Under the pieces are notes generated by a model. It saw nothing but the letters and a program-made list of their open reading frames with translations, was not told where the DNA came from and searched no databases. A stretch of DNA of 29,004 nt from a virus (Duplodnaviria; Caudoviricetes), in IMG/VR virus record IMGVR_UViG_3300020045_002658, positions 1 through 29,004 of that record. One strand, given 5' to 3'. Position 1 is the stretch's first letter. Each line of letters starts with the position of its first letter. Positions 9,057 to 17,402 of the stretch are shown in pieces. The translations under genes and the position numbers were made by a program.

Positions 9057-10416
9057 CGTAAAATAATAAGGTTTTACTTGTACGAGAGGTTGCAACATAT
9101 AATAAACTACGTCTAGTAAAAGGGTGATAACAATTTCTAAATGAAGGTATATAAAGACCTACATTATTATATGTACTTCCTTGTGACTTATGAGTAGTTT
9201 GACAATATCCATAATCAAAGTCCTTTTTAGCTACTTTGTCATTATAATTATTAAAGACTTCGTAGTTAATAAGTAGTTTGTTTTTAAAATCATAAAAAGG
9301 TCTCCAACTTCTAAATTGAACTCCGTTAGTATGACGTAACACAAGTTCCATTTCAAAATCAGCTTTACTATCAGGATGTAACATAGTTAGAATTTGACTA
9401 CTACCTACAACACTACATTCATAAACATGATAATGTTGTTTTAGTACCTTAACTAACTTAATTTGTACATCTTTAATAATATAATCCTCTGAATTTCTAA
9501 TATGACTAGAATAATAAGGTGGAGTATCTGTTTCTTCTCCTACTGTATTATACCCTTTAATTAAATCTCCAGGGGCTACAAGTTCAAGAGATGGATTAAG
9601 TTGTTTTCTAAGAAATCCATTTACTTTTGTAACAGTATCGTTATCAAAACATAATAATTTAGTATCATAAGGATCAGTATGAGCCTCTTCACTTCTATAA
9701 TGTTTTAATATTTCTGCTATATAAGATTGACCTCTACGTAACATATAACCTTCTCCTAAGTCATTGAAATTATCTTCTAATTTCATTATCATAGGAATAA
9801 ATTTATCTGTTCCTTGAATAACATCTTGTGTAGCAGTATAAATAAGTTCATTAACAGGATTGCTACCTGCTTGTCTAACAATTTCTGTAAGTTCTACTTG
9901 TTTATATTTAGTAAATGTAGGACTTATTTTAAAGTCTTTCTTACCCTTCTCTACGGGCGGTAATTGATACCTATCACCTATAAAAAGTATCTTTACTTTG
10001 TATTCTTTAGAAAGCTTACTAATTAAGTTATCAATATAATCTCCAATCATAGAACATTCATCAATAATAAGGAAGCTATATTTTGATATTCGTTCTTGAC
10101 CTTGAGGCATAAACATAACATTAGTCGGATCAAAATCTTCCATATTCATATTAGGTCTTAAACCTAATAAAGCTTGTATTGTTTCACCAGGATAACCTGT
10201 CATTCTATTAATAACAGTCTTAGCTTGGTGGGTAGGAGCAGATACTGCAACATTTCTTATTGTACTCTTTCGAATAATCTCTTTAACAATAGTACTTTTA
10301 CCACTACCAGCAGGGCCAGTAAGAGTAAGTATATCATTAGTACCGAATTTATATGGAGTATTAATAAAATTCCCTACTACTTCAATGGCGTTTACTTGTC
10401 CATTAGTGAAATTCAT
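9046..10416 (-). CDS. Dda/RecD-like SF1B 5'-3' helicase
   Basis: 'LTGPAGSGKS', 'SAPTHQA', 'IIDECSMI', 'IGDRYQLPPV', 'LTEIVRQ', 'TTHKSQGSTY', 'LYVATSR'. Confidence 0.92.
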   Translation of the reverse strand: MNFTNGQVNAIEVVGNFINTPYKFGTNDILTLTGPAGSGKSTIVKEIIRKSTIRNVAVSAPTHQAKTVINRMTGYPGETIQALLGLRPNMNMEDFDPTNVMFMPQGQERISKYSFLIIDECSMIGDYIDNLISKLSKEYKVKILFIGDRYQLPPVEKGKKDFKISPTFTKYKQVELTEIVRQAGSNPVNELIYTATQDVIQGTDKFIPMIMKLEDNFNDLGEGYMLRRGQSYIAEILKHYRSEEAHTDPYDTKLLCFDNDTVTKVNGFLRKQLNPSLELVAPGDLIKGYNTVGEETDTPPYYSSHIRNSEDYIIKDVQIKLVKVLKQHYHVYECSVVGSSQILTMLHPDSKADFEMELVLRHTNGVQFRSWRPFYDFKNKLLINYEVFNNYNDKVAKKDFDYGYCQTTHKSQGSTYNNVGLYIPSFRNCYHPFTRRSLLYVATSRTSKTLLFYDEH

Positions 10417-10420
10417 AAGT

Positions 10421-10651
10421 TTAAGTTATTATTTGTGTTAAATCATCTACAGGAAGACAAGTAAATCTTAGTCTTTGTCTACGTAAGACTTCCGCTTTAA
10501 GATTATCTCTTATATCCTTTCTACGTCTCAGTACTTGAAAATGTACTCTCCTATCTCTACATAATGCTTCATAATATGTAATAGCATTAGTAAGATAAGC
10601 CTTAGTCATTGTTGTAATATCAATCTCTTTACCGTCTAAGTTTATATACAT
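10421..10651 (-). CDS. Small basic hypothetical protein
   Basis: 76 aa, Arg-rich, tightly packed in the operon. Confidence 0.65.
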   Translation of the reverse strand: MYINLDGKEIDITTMTKAYLTNAITYYEALCRDRRVHFQVLRRRKDIRDNLKAEVLRRQRLRFTCLPVDDLTQIIT

Positions 10652-10656
10652 AATAT

Positions 10657-11004
10657 TTAGTTTAATGATACAGTTGTAGATAGTATATTTAGATTATGCA
10701 AATAAACAAGAAGTAAATTAGTATCTACTTTATCAAAATCTTCATCAATACTTTGTCTATTAACAGGTTTAACAATCTGTTTAGCTATCAATGTATATTC
10801 TACTGGGTTTATCATAGTAATATATAAATGATTTGAGTCTTTTAACATATTATATAAATATACTAACCTATCACTATCATAACTTAAACGTAAGTTTGAA
10901 TAAGTATTAGGTAAATCCCATTTAATTACTAATACAAATAATGACTTTATAATTAATTTATGGGGATTAGGTAAAGCTTCTTGTTTAAATGTTGTTAAAT
11001 ACAT
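10657..11004 (-). CDS. Hypothetical protein
   Basis: 115 aa, co-oriented and tightly packed. Confidence 0.6.
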   Translation of the reverse strand: MYLTTFKQEALPNPHKLIIKSLFVLVIKWDLPNTYSNLRLSYDSDRLVYLYNMLKDSNHLYITMINPVEYTLIAKQIVKPVNRQSIDEDFDKVDTNLLLVYLHNLNILSTTVSLN

Positions 11005-11024
11005 ATTAATAGTGTGTAGAGTTA

Positions 11025-11055
11025 AAGATAAACAGGCTACTATTAAATAGCCTGT
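11025..11055 (-). terminator. Probable terminator after the GroES-like gene
   Basis: ACAGGCTA/TAGCCTGT 8-bp stem followed on the minus strand by TTATCTTT. Confidence 0.55.
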
Positions 11056-11065
11056 CTAAACATGG

Positions 11066-11461
11066 TTAAGCTTGGTCTTGTGGTGGATTACAGTGAGCTA
11101 GTTCTTCTCGTATTACAGCAAATATACTATATTTACTAATAACAGCAAGTTTAGGACTAGAATATCCTTCAATTGGAAATGTAATAGGAGACATAGCAGC
11201 ACGAGGAATCATAATGATATCACCTACATTATATATAGGTTCATTATCCTCAATGGGTGTTACATTAGCTGTTTGTTGTTTTGGTAGATCAGTAGGTAAT
11301 TTTACTACTCTAGCCAATAAATAATGTACATTAGCTTTCTCCCTAGCCTTAACCTCATCAGTTTTATGTATCTCTCCTACTTTAGGATATACAATAGGTT
11401 CTAAGATTTCAGCAATAAGACTAAAGCTTTCTTTAATGTCAATTTGTTCTAATTTAAGCAT
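11066..11461 (-). CDS. groES: GroES/Cpn10-like co-chaperonin
   Basis: 'ARVVKLP...YNVGDIIMIPRAAMSPITF...KLAVISKYSIFAVI' aligns by eye to GroES 'GEVVAVG...VKVGDKVLF.KYAGTEV...YLILRESDILAVI'; mobile-loop-like 'VGEIHKTDEVK'. Confidence 0.65.
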   Translation of the reverse strand: MLKLEQIDIKESFSLIAEILEPIVYPKVGEIHKTDEVKAREKANVHYLLARVVKLPTDLPKQQTANVTPIEDNEPIYNVGDIIMIPRAAMSPITFPIEGYSSPKLAVISKYSIFAVIREELAHCNPPQDQA

Positions 11462-11495
11462 GATTTGTGTATTTATTTGTGTTAATTATTAATGT

Positions 11496-11963
11496 TTAGA
11501 ATAAGATAGTGAAACCTACGGTACCATAATTAAAAGTATCAAAGCCCGCTTCAATACCGATATCTTCAGTAATAGGATACATTGCAGATATACCAACTAG
11601 TGGTCTATAAGTAACTTTATCAATTTTAGTATAATTATCATTGAATGTAACTTTATCATTATATACAGCTAAACCTCCACGAGCTTTAATTAATATATCA
11701 TGAAAATAACCTACAGTACCAACTAGATATATACTACACCATTCTTCTCTTATTTCAGATGTAACAGTTTGTTTTTTATCATATTCATTAATATGACTAG
11801 GTAAACAATCTTTAGCATCCCAAGCGCCAGAGAATCCAAAACCTGCATTACTGAATAATATTTCAGCACCTGTTGTCAATTTCGTACTACCATAGAAATG
11901 TATGGTTGTATCTTGTGAATAACTAAATGTAGTTATTAATAGTAATAATAATAATTTTTTCAT
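11496..11963 (-). CDS. Small outer-membrane beta-barrel protein
   Basis: Sec signal peptide MKKLLLLLLITTFSYS|Q, alternating amphipathic Gly/aromatic strands and a C-terminal Phe ('GTVGFTILF'). Confidence 0.75.
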   Translation of the reverse strand: MKKLLLLLLITTFSYSQDTTIHFYGSTKLTTGAEILFSNAGFGFSGAWDAKDCLPSHINEYDKKQTVTSEIREEWCSIYLVGTVGYFHDILIKARGGLAVYNDKVTFNDNYTKIDKVTYRPLVGISAMYPITEDIGIEAGFDTFNYGTVGFTILF

Positions 11964-11965
11964 TT

Positions 11966-12691
11966 TTATAGGTTTTTAGTTATCCAATCTTCACATACTT
12001 TTACAGTATTACCATTTTTCCAAGCTTCTTCTCTATATTGTCTTATTAAAGATTTAGCTTCTTCTCTATTCCAACTATCCTTAGTAGGTTTAATTGTAAT
12101 AGTATTGTCAGGATTGATTTTAAGTTTAGTAACAAAATCCCACATCTCTTTAGAGTTTTTATCTAATGCCGTAACTTTATTATTTTCATATTCAACTAAT
12201 ACATCAGTAATAACTTCATCTTTATTATAAGATTCAATATAATTAGTAATGAATTGTTGAGAGAGTTGAGGCAATATTTTTAAACATTGAGAACATCCTT
12301 CATAAGTTGTAGCTCCACAATCACAATCATTTTTTTTACTTAATGAAGTATTTGTAGTAGCTATAATCTTAAAATGGGTATGTTTATAAGTAGTTTTAAT
12401 ATTTATATTAGCTTCATTCATTATAACCTCTGTATCTTTATTAGCTTTAAGTATTTCTTTATCTAATGTAGTATAATACCAATCATCTACTTTTATTTCA
12501 TCATCTGATATAATATATAGATGCTGTGGTACAAAACCTATATAAATAAATTCTTTAATAGGTTTATTAGAGTGGTCATGATGTCCCCAATCTTTAGTTA
12601 ATAATAGCTTCTTAATAGTAGGATTTAAAACTATATTAGTTTGTTGTTCTGTAGGTAACATTATTACCTGTGCTTTCTTAAACTGATTCAT
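11966..12691 (-). CDS. Hypothetical protein with a Cys cluster
   Basis: 241 aa; contains CDC...CSQC, a possible Zn-binding insert. Confidence 0.75.
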   Translation of the reverse strand: MNQFKKAQVIMLPTEQQTNIVLNPTIKKLLLTKDWGHHDHSNKPIKEFIYIGFVPQHLYIISDDEIKVDDWYYTTLDKEILKANKDTEVIMNEANINIKTTYKHTHFKIIATTNTSLSKKNDCDCGATTYEGCSQCLKILPQLSQQFITNYIESYNKDEVITDVLVEYENNKVTALDKNSKEMWDFVTKLKINPDNTITIKPTKDSWNREEAKSLIRQYREEAWKNGNTVKVCEDWITKNL

Positions 12692-12694
12692 ATC

Positions 12695-12994
12695 TTAATT
12701 AGTTAAGTTTTCTATTATCCATTTAAGACCTGGTTTAATCCATTTATTAGTGACTCTAATAAGTAATTTATTAGCTTTAGGATAATAGTCTATATTACCA
12801 TAATCTTGAGATGTAATAGTATATGAACCATTGTCTCTTTGTTCTATTGGATATCTATCTTTTAATATAGGTAACCAATCCTCTACAAATCTTTCACTTC
12901 TACGCTCTCTAAGAGCTTTACATTGTAGAGCAAAAGATTTAATATCATTATCCTCTTGTTGGGATGCTGAAAGTAATACTTCTGATTTTTTCAT
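12695..12994 (-). CDS. Hypothetical protein
   Basis: 99 aa, tightly packed, typical codon usage. Confidence 0.7.
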   Translation of the reverse strand: MKKSEVLLSASQQEDNDIKSFALQCKALRERRSERFVEDWLPILKDRYPIEQRDNGSYTITSQDYGNIDYYPKANKLLIRVTNKWIKPGLKWIIENLTN

Positions 12995-13000
12995 AATTGC

Positions 13001-13267
13001 TTATTTTTGTTTTAATAATTTAAGTGTATTAGCCTCTACTTCTTTATAATGAGTATATCTATCTTCCATATAACTATAATCTTTAATAGAAATTGTAAAT
13101 TTAGTAACTACTTTAGTTATTTTATGTTCACATATTAATTCAATGTTAGTTATAGCAGGTATAGAATTATCAGAGTTTTCATCATCAATAAAAGTAGTAG
13201 GAAGAAAATCAATACTATTAATAGTATGATTTAATAACTCTTTCCATTGTATTGTTTTTAGTTTCAT
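13001..13267 (-). CDS. Hypothetical protein
   Basis: 88 aa with an A-rich leader. Confidence 0.65.
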   Translation of the reverse strand: MKLKTIQWKELLNHTINSIDFLPTTFIDDENSDNSIPAITNIELICEHKITKVVTKFTISIKDYSYMEDRYTHYKEVEANTLKLLKQK

Positions 13268-13319
13268 TATTAATTATGTTAGTTGTATTAGTTAATTATT
13301 TGTGTTTTACACCTAAAAC

Positions 13320-14075
13320 TTTATTTATAGTCGATACTATAGCATAATGCAGAAGATTAATCTTACTGTGCATAAAGAAACTGGTGCCCTCAACAACTTG
13401 GGAAGTTATTAAGTTTTTTATACTACTTGTAACCTATATAATTTTCAATAGGCTGTAGTATTAGTTTGTATCTAAGATACATATGAATACTGTTAGCACC
13501 CTCTATATATTAGTCACTCTAACTTAAAAGGTTAGTACTTATATGTATGGTAGGGTCATAGTTAATAAAGTTCCTTATCCATGTACTACTGTGGGAACTT
13601 TTAGTTGATTAGTTACAATTCATGGTCATTAACTACGTGCTGAGAACTCATTGGTATTGTCTAGATTCTGTTATATTCTAGCCTTATATTCAGTATTCAC
13701 TTCTCACCGTGAACAATACCTCTAGGATTACTCCATTAATCATTGCAAGTTGTATCTACTATGGTAGGTAAACGCTATCTGCATATAATATACTGTTAAT
13801 TCAGTATTAGTATCCAATTTTTAAAGTGGTTTTTAATGTTTAGTCCACTATGCTTAACCGACTATACGGTTTAATCTATTTCCATCTCACTTCGGTATAT
13901 AAATTAAGTCTTGAATTACACTATTATTAGAGTTACTTCAGTTTTATCTATCTTTCACTCTTATAATATATTAAATAGGACTTGTATACATAGCTTTTAT
14001 AGTTATATTGGATTAAGCCTTTATAACAAAAGCAATACGCTCATTTGCATACAATACTGTGCGTATCTAAAACAG
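13320..14075 (-). ncRNA. Candidate large ornate structured ncRNA (core about 13370-13970)
   Basis: About 810-nt gap with no credible ORF, many stems, multibranch junctions and long-range pairings. A GNRA loop and a T-loop-like loop occur on the minus strand (see findings). Confidence 0.7.
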
Positions 14076-14079
14076 CCTA

Positions 14080-14283
14080 TTAAATATCACTTATATTGTG
14101 TGGTGTAGGTCTATATCTACCTACTTTATTTACAGGAATATAATGCGATACAGCATTATAAGCAAAGGCATTACAACCTTTCCTATCTACAGGTACACCA
14201 TTATGGTTAACAGTATAACCACCTTTAGATTTCTTAGTCTCTTTACTAAAACTAATTGTGTCTTTACGTCTACTCATGGTCAT
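14080..14283 (-). CDS. Small basic hypothetical protein
   Basis: 67 aa, Lys/Arg-rich, immediately upstream of the candidate ncRNA. Confidence 0.5.
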   Translation of the reverse strand: MTMSRRKDTISFSKETKKSKGGYTVNHNGVPVDRKGCNAFAYNAVSHYIPVNKVGRYRPTPHNISDI

Positions 14284-14503
14284 CTATATTAATGATACCA
14301 CGAGGCCACCAATGAAGGTTTGTCATATTAAATGCTTTATCATGATAATCTGTAAAGAATTTATCACCAAAGTATTCAACTGCTTTTTCTCTACCATTAC
14401 TATAATCCTTCGCTTCAAAAGAAGCTACCGAATTACAATCTAATGTGTATCCGTTTACTCTATGAGTATGACCTTGTCCAAATGTTACATAATGTCTAGG
14501 CAT
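14270..14503 (-). CDS. Hypothetical phage protein
   Basis: 77 aa ('HYVTFGQGHTH...GREKAVEYFGDKF'), tightly coupled to its neighbours. Confidence 0.7.
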   Translation of the reverse strand: MPRHYVTFGQGHTHRVNGYTLDCNSVASFEAKDYSNGREKAVEYFGDKFFTDYHDKAFNMTNLHWWPRGIINIDDHE

Positions 14504-14504
14504 A

Positions 14505-14861
14505 TTATTCGTCTTTAGGGGTTAGTTTTTTAATCCACTTATTAAGATAGTATAATCGTATTTTATTTCTTTGTTCAAAAGTTATACCTGTTTGTATTCT
14601 ATCTATTATCTTTTCAGTTAATTCAGGAAAGGCTATAGAAGCATCATTATAATTCCAATCTTTTCCATTAGGTTGTGAACTTCCATAATGCTTTAAATTC
14701 CATAACATCATGGGAAATAATAAACATAATCCATGAGTTTTATCAATTGTATCAGACTGTTTAACAAATTCTTTAGCTTTAATATAACAAGTTAATCTTA
14801 TATCAATTGGTACTATTTCTTCTAGTGTAGTTATGTGCGTATTTATATTTTCATGTGTCAT
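14505..14861 (-). CDS. Hypothetical protein
   Basis: 118 aa; the true start may be the ATG a few codons downstream or the annotated one. Confidence 0.65.
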   Translation of the reverse strand: MTHENINTHITTLEEIVPIDIRLTCYIKAKEFVKQSDTIDKTHGLCLLFPMMLWNLKHYGSSQPNGKDWNYNDASIAFPELTEKIIDRIQTGITFEQRNKIRLYYLNKWIKKLTPKDE

Positions 14862-14905
14862 TTTTAGTTATAGTTTTATTGGGGTATTTGACTACCTCAC
14901 TGTTG

Positions 14906-15130
14906 TTATTTGGTATTATTGTTATTAAACTTATTATCGATATTGGATTTAAGATCTTTTATCATAATAGCAAACCAACTATCAAAATCACAATAACCAA
15001 TTATAGGATTATAAGGATTTTCCTGTTTAGCACGTAATGTATAACCAGCATCAAAAGAAGCTTTTAATAAAGATATAAACTCTTCTTTAGTTAATTCTGT
15101 TTTATTGGTATTATGGATATCTTTAGGCAT
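14906..15130 (-). CDS. Hypothetical protein
   Basis: 74 aa with an A-rich leader. Confidence 0.6.
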   Translation of the reverse strand: MPKDIHNTNKTELTKEEFISLLKASFDAGYTLRAKQENPYNPIIGYCDFDSWFAIMIKDLKSNIDNKFNNNNTK

Positions 15131-15186
15131 AATAATAGTTTTATGTTAATTAATATATAGGAATATATCGTCAGATGTTAGTAGAG

Positions 15187-15245
15187 CTTGCCCTTAGAGA
15201 AGAGTCTAATCGAGTAAGTCGAATAAACTCTCTACTATGGGCAAG
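15187..15245. repeat. Imperfect inverted repeat, 27-bp arms, 5-nt loop (compact copy)
   Basis: CTTGCCCTTAGAGAAGAGTCTAATCGA-gtaag-TCGAATAAACTCTCTACTATGGGCAAG; homologous arms at 20237-20263 and 20396-20422. Confidence 0.85.
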
Positions 15246-15263
15246 ATACAAACAACTACACAA

Positions 15264-15515
15264 CTATCTTAAATCTACAGCAGTAACTATAGTGTTAAAC
15301 TGTTGTAGATTATCTATACTACCACTAAATCTAATATCACGTGAATCCTTATAAGCTATAATAACTGTATGAGGTCTTTTACGTCTATCCGTAATAACCC
15401 AACTTACAACTAATTCTGAGTCTGTATTATAAGCTGAGATTACATCTTCACGTTCTATGTTAACTATTTTAAAGCCTTTACTCTTTAAATAGTCTTGTAT
15501 TACTTTCTTATTCAT
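15264..15515 (-). CDS. Hypothetical protein
   Basis: 83 aa with the A-rich leader ACTAACACAAACAAATATG. Confidence 0.65.
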   Translation of the reverse strand: MNKKVIQDYLKSKGFKIVNIEREDVISAYNTDSELVVSWVITDRRKRPHTVIIAYKDSRDIRFSGSIDNLQQFNTIVTAVDLR

Positions 15516-15742
15516 ATTTGTTTGTGTTAGTTAATTTTAGCACCATATTTCTATGGTCTAGCTGACAACTCCTACTAATCAAGGCCACTCTCTAATGTCG
15601 TTTCGAGTGTCATAGTCCAAGCCTTATGTATTCGGTCATGGTTTATTTAATATAATTAGATGTCTAGGACTAATTATACAAGGACATAGGTTTATCCTCC
15701 GGAGTAAGTATTATAACAACTTTAAGAAAATGAGAAAAAAAC

Positions 15743-15859
15743 TTAAGAGTTATGCATAATACCTGCAATTGATTGTGTTAGTAATATTACGAATACTAAC
15801 ATAGATACGTTTACACCTATATATAATATAGTTTGTGTAATAGTGGTAATTGTTTTCAT
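15743..15859 (-). CDS. Small single-pass membrane peptide (38 aa, not in the ORF track)
   Basis: MKTITTITQTILYIGVNVSMLVFVILLTQSIAGIMHNS; starts 11 nt after the upstream stop. Confidence 0.5.
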   Translation of the reverse strand: MKTITTITQTILYIGVNVSMLVFVILLTQSIAGIMHNS

Positions 15860-15870
15860 AAGTAGGTTGA

Positions 15871-16059
15871 TTAAAGGTTAGCTAGGGCATATCCGTAGAT
15901 ATTATAATTAATAGCGTTAAAGTGTGTAATAACTTTAACATTCATAGTTTCTAAGAACTTAATAGTATTACGTGTTTTGTGGTTAGTAGATGTAACTAAT
16001 ACACCTTTATTAACTCTTGGTCTTCTTGTTTTTGTTGTTGTAACTGTAGTTGTTTCCAT
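15871..16059 (-). CDS. Small basic hypothetical protein
   Basis: 62 aa with a Thr/Arg-rich N-terminus. Confidence 0.6.
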   Translation of the reverse strand: METTTVTTTKTRRPRVNKGVLVTSTNHKTRNTIKFLETMNVKVITHFNAINYNIYGYALANL

Positions 16060-16089
16060 AATATTAATTAGGAGTTAAAATGTAAAGTG

Positions 16090-16464
16090 TTATTTCTTTA
16101 CAATAGTTGTGGTTAGTAAATTGTTTTCTTCTAACTCTATAAAGAGTTGTTTAATTGAATATAAATGTATAATCTTATTTATCATATTAAGATTATATTC
16201 AGCTTTACGTTTAGATATTTCTGAATCTCTACTAATAGCTTCTTCATATGATCTAACGTGTAGGTTATATGATTTATACCTATCATTATCTGATAAATAC
16301 TTCTTAATAGTATCATGTGATACTTCTAATACACTATCTCTATTGTATATAATTGTTTTATCTTCACTGTGTTTAATTTTAAAACCAGAACTAACAATAA
16401 TATGTACAATATATGATATTGAGTATGTAAATGTATCTAATGATTTAATATAATAAATTGACAT
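16090..16464 (-). CDS. Hypothetical protein
   Basis: 124 aa, co-oriented with its neighbours. Confidence 0.55.
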   Translation of the reverse strand: MSIYYIKSLDTFTYSISYIVHIIVSSGFKIKHSEDKTIIYNRDSVLEVSHDTIKKYLSDNDRYKSYNLHVRSYEEAISRDSEISKRKAEYNLNMINKIIHLYSIKQLFIELEENNLLTTTIVKK

Positions 16465-16491
16465 AAGATTATGTATTAAGGTTATAGTATA

Positions 16492-16629
16492 TTATATCCA
16501 ATGTGCTTTCTTATACTCCTTGTCATGTATATTGATAAGTTCAATAGGACGTAATGAAGTAAGAGGTTTTAATTGTGGGAATAAATAATACTTTAAACTG
16601 GTTAGTAATTGAGTTAGTTGTTTTAACAT
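16492..16629 (-). CDS. Small hypothetical protein (45 aa, not in the ORF track)
   Basis: MLKQLTQLLTSLKYYLFPQLKPLTSLRPIELINIHDKEYKKAHWI fills the gap between two co-oriented ORFs. Confidence 0.5.
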   Translation of the reverse strand: MLKQLTQLLTSLKYYLFPQLKPLTSLRPIELINIHDKEYKKAHWI

Positions 16630-16655
16630 TGGTTGTAATGGTATTAGAGTAGTTA

Positions 16656-16985
16656 TTAATAATTATTAGATATATTAGGAAACTTTACTTCATGTTCTAA
16701 ATTTGGCTCATATGTAGTTAATAAATTAACTGTATTATGAAAATCTAGTTCCTCTTGTAATACTTGAAGATAACCCTCAATAGTATTTATATCAGAATCC
16801 CCTAATCTATTTCTTAACTGTATTATAACTGCATCAAGATCAATATTTGTTAATAAATCTGCTAATTTTTGTGCTACTGATAATGGTATAATAACTAGTT
16901 CACTTGTTGATTCAGAAGTAAAGTCTAAGATTTCTCTATCATTTACTTCTATGACTTTAACTGTTGGACTTACTGTTCTTTTCAT
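16656..16985 (-). CDS. Hypothetical protein
   Basis: 109 aa with an A-rich leader. Confidence 0.65.
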   Translation of the reverse strand: MKRTVSPTVKVIEVNDREILDFTSESTSELVIIPLSVAQKLADLLTNIDLDAVIIQLRNRLGDSDINTIEGYLQVLQEELDFHNTVNLLTTYEPNLEHEVKFPNISNNY

Positions 16986-17023
16986 TGTTGTTTGTTTTTT
17001 ATGGTTATGTGTAAAAGAGTTAG

Positions 17024-17287
17024 TTATTTGGTTGAAATAGATTGTACTTGTAATAACTCTGCAATTTTGTGTAAAGCCTCTTTAAAGGTATAATGAGGAC
17101 TTTTAAGTAACTCTTTATGAGTAATACCTATACCTAATACTTTGGTATTAGTTGATAATACTTTTACAATTATACTTTTATCTTCATTTGTTACAGCATC
17201 AAGATAAGCCGTATCTTTACTTTGTAAATTAATAATAGATTCAGGGGCACAAGTAGCTGTAAGCCATTCTTTAGTAAAAGGGTTCAT
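17024..17287 (-). CDS. Hypothetical protein
   Basis: 87 aa; first gene downstream of the promoter at 17372. Confidence 0.65.
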   Translation of the reverse strand: MNPFTKEWLTATCAPESIINLQSKDTAYLDAVTNEDKSIIVKVLSTNTKVLGIGITHKELLKSPHYTFKEALHKIAELLQVQSISTK

Positions 17288-17371
17288 ATTGTGTATAGTT
17301 TTATATGTTAATGTATCAGTTATAAGGTATGTAGATATATGTACATATTAGTACTATATCGGGTTGAGGTG

Positions 17372-17402
17372 CAAAGATAGGGTTTTGTTTCAGAATGTTA
17401 AA
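17372..17402 (-). promoter_or_regulatory. Bacteroidota-type -7 promoter element driving the small-gene cluster
   Basis: Minus strand TATCTTTG (17379-17372) matches TAnnTTTG; a near-consensus TTTA lies 19 nt upstream. Confidence 0.55.

Noticed and set aside
13911-14108. 65-aa plus-strand ORF inside the structured block
   Set aside because: TTG start, opposite to all neighbours, no protein features; better explained as non-coding structure.
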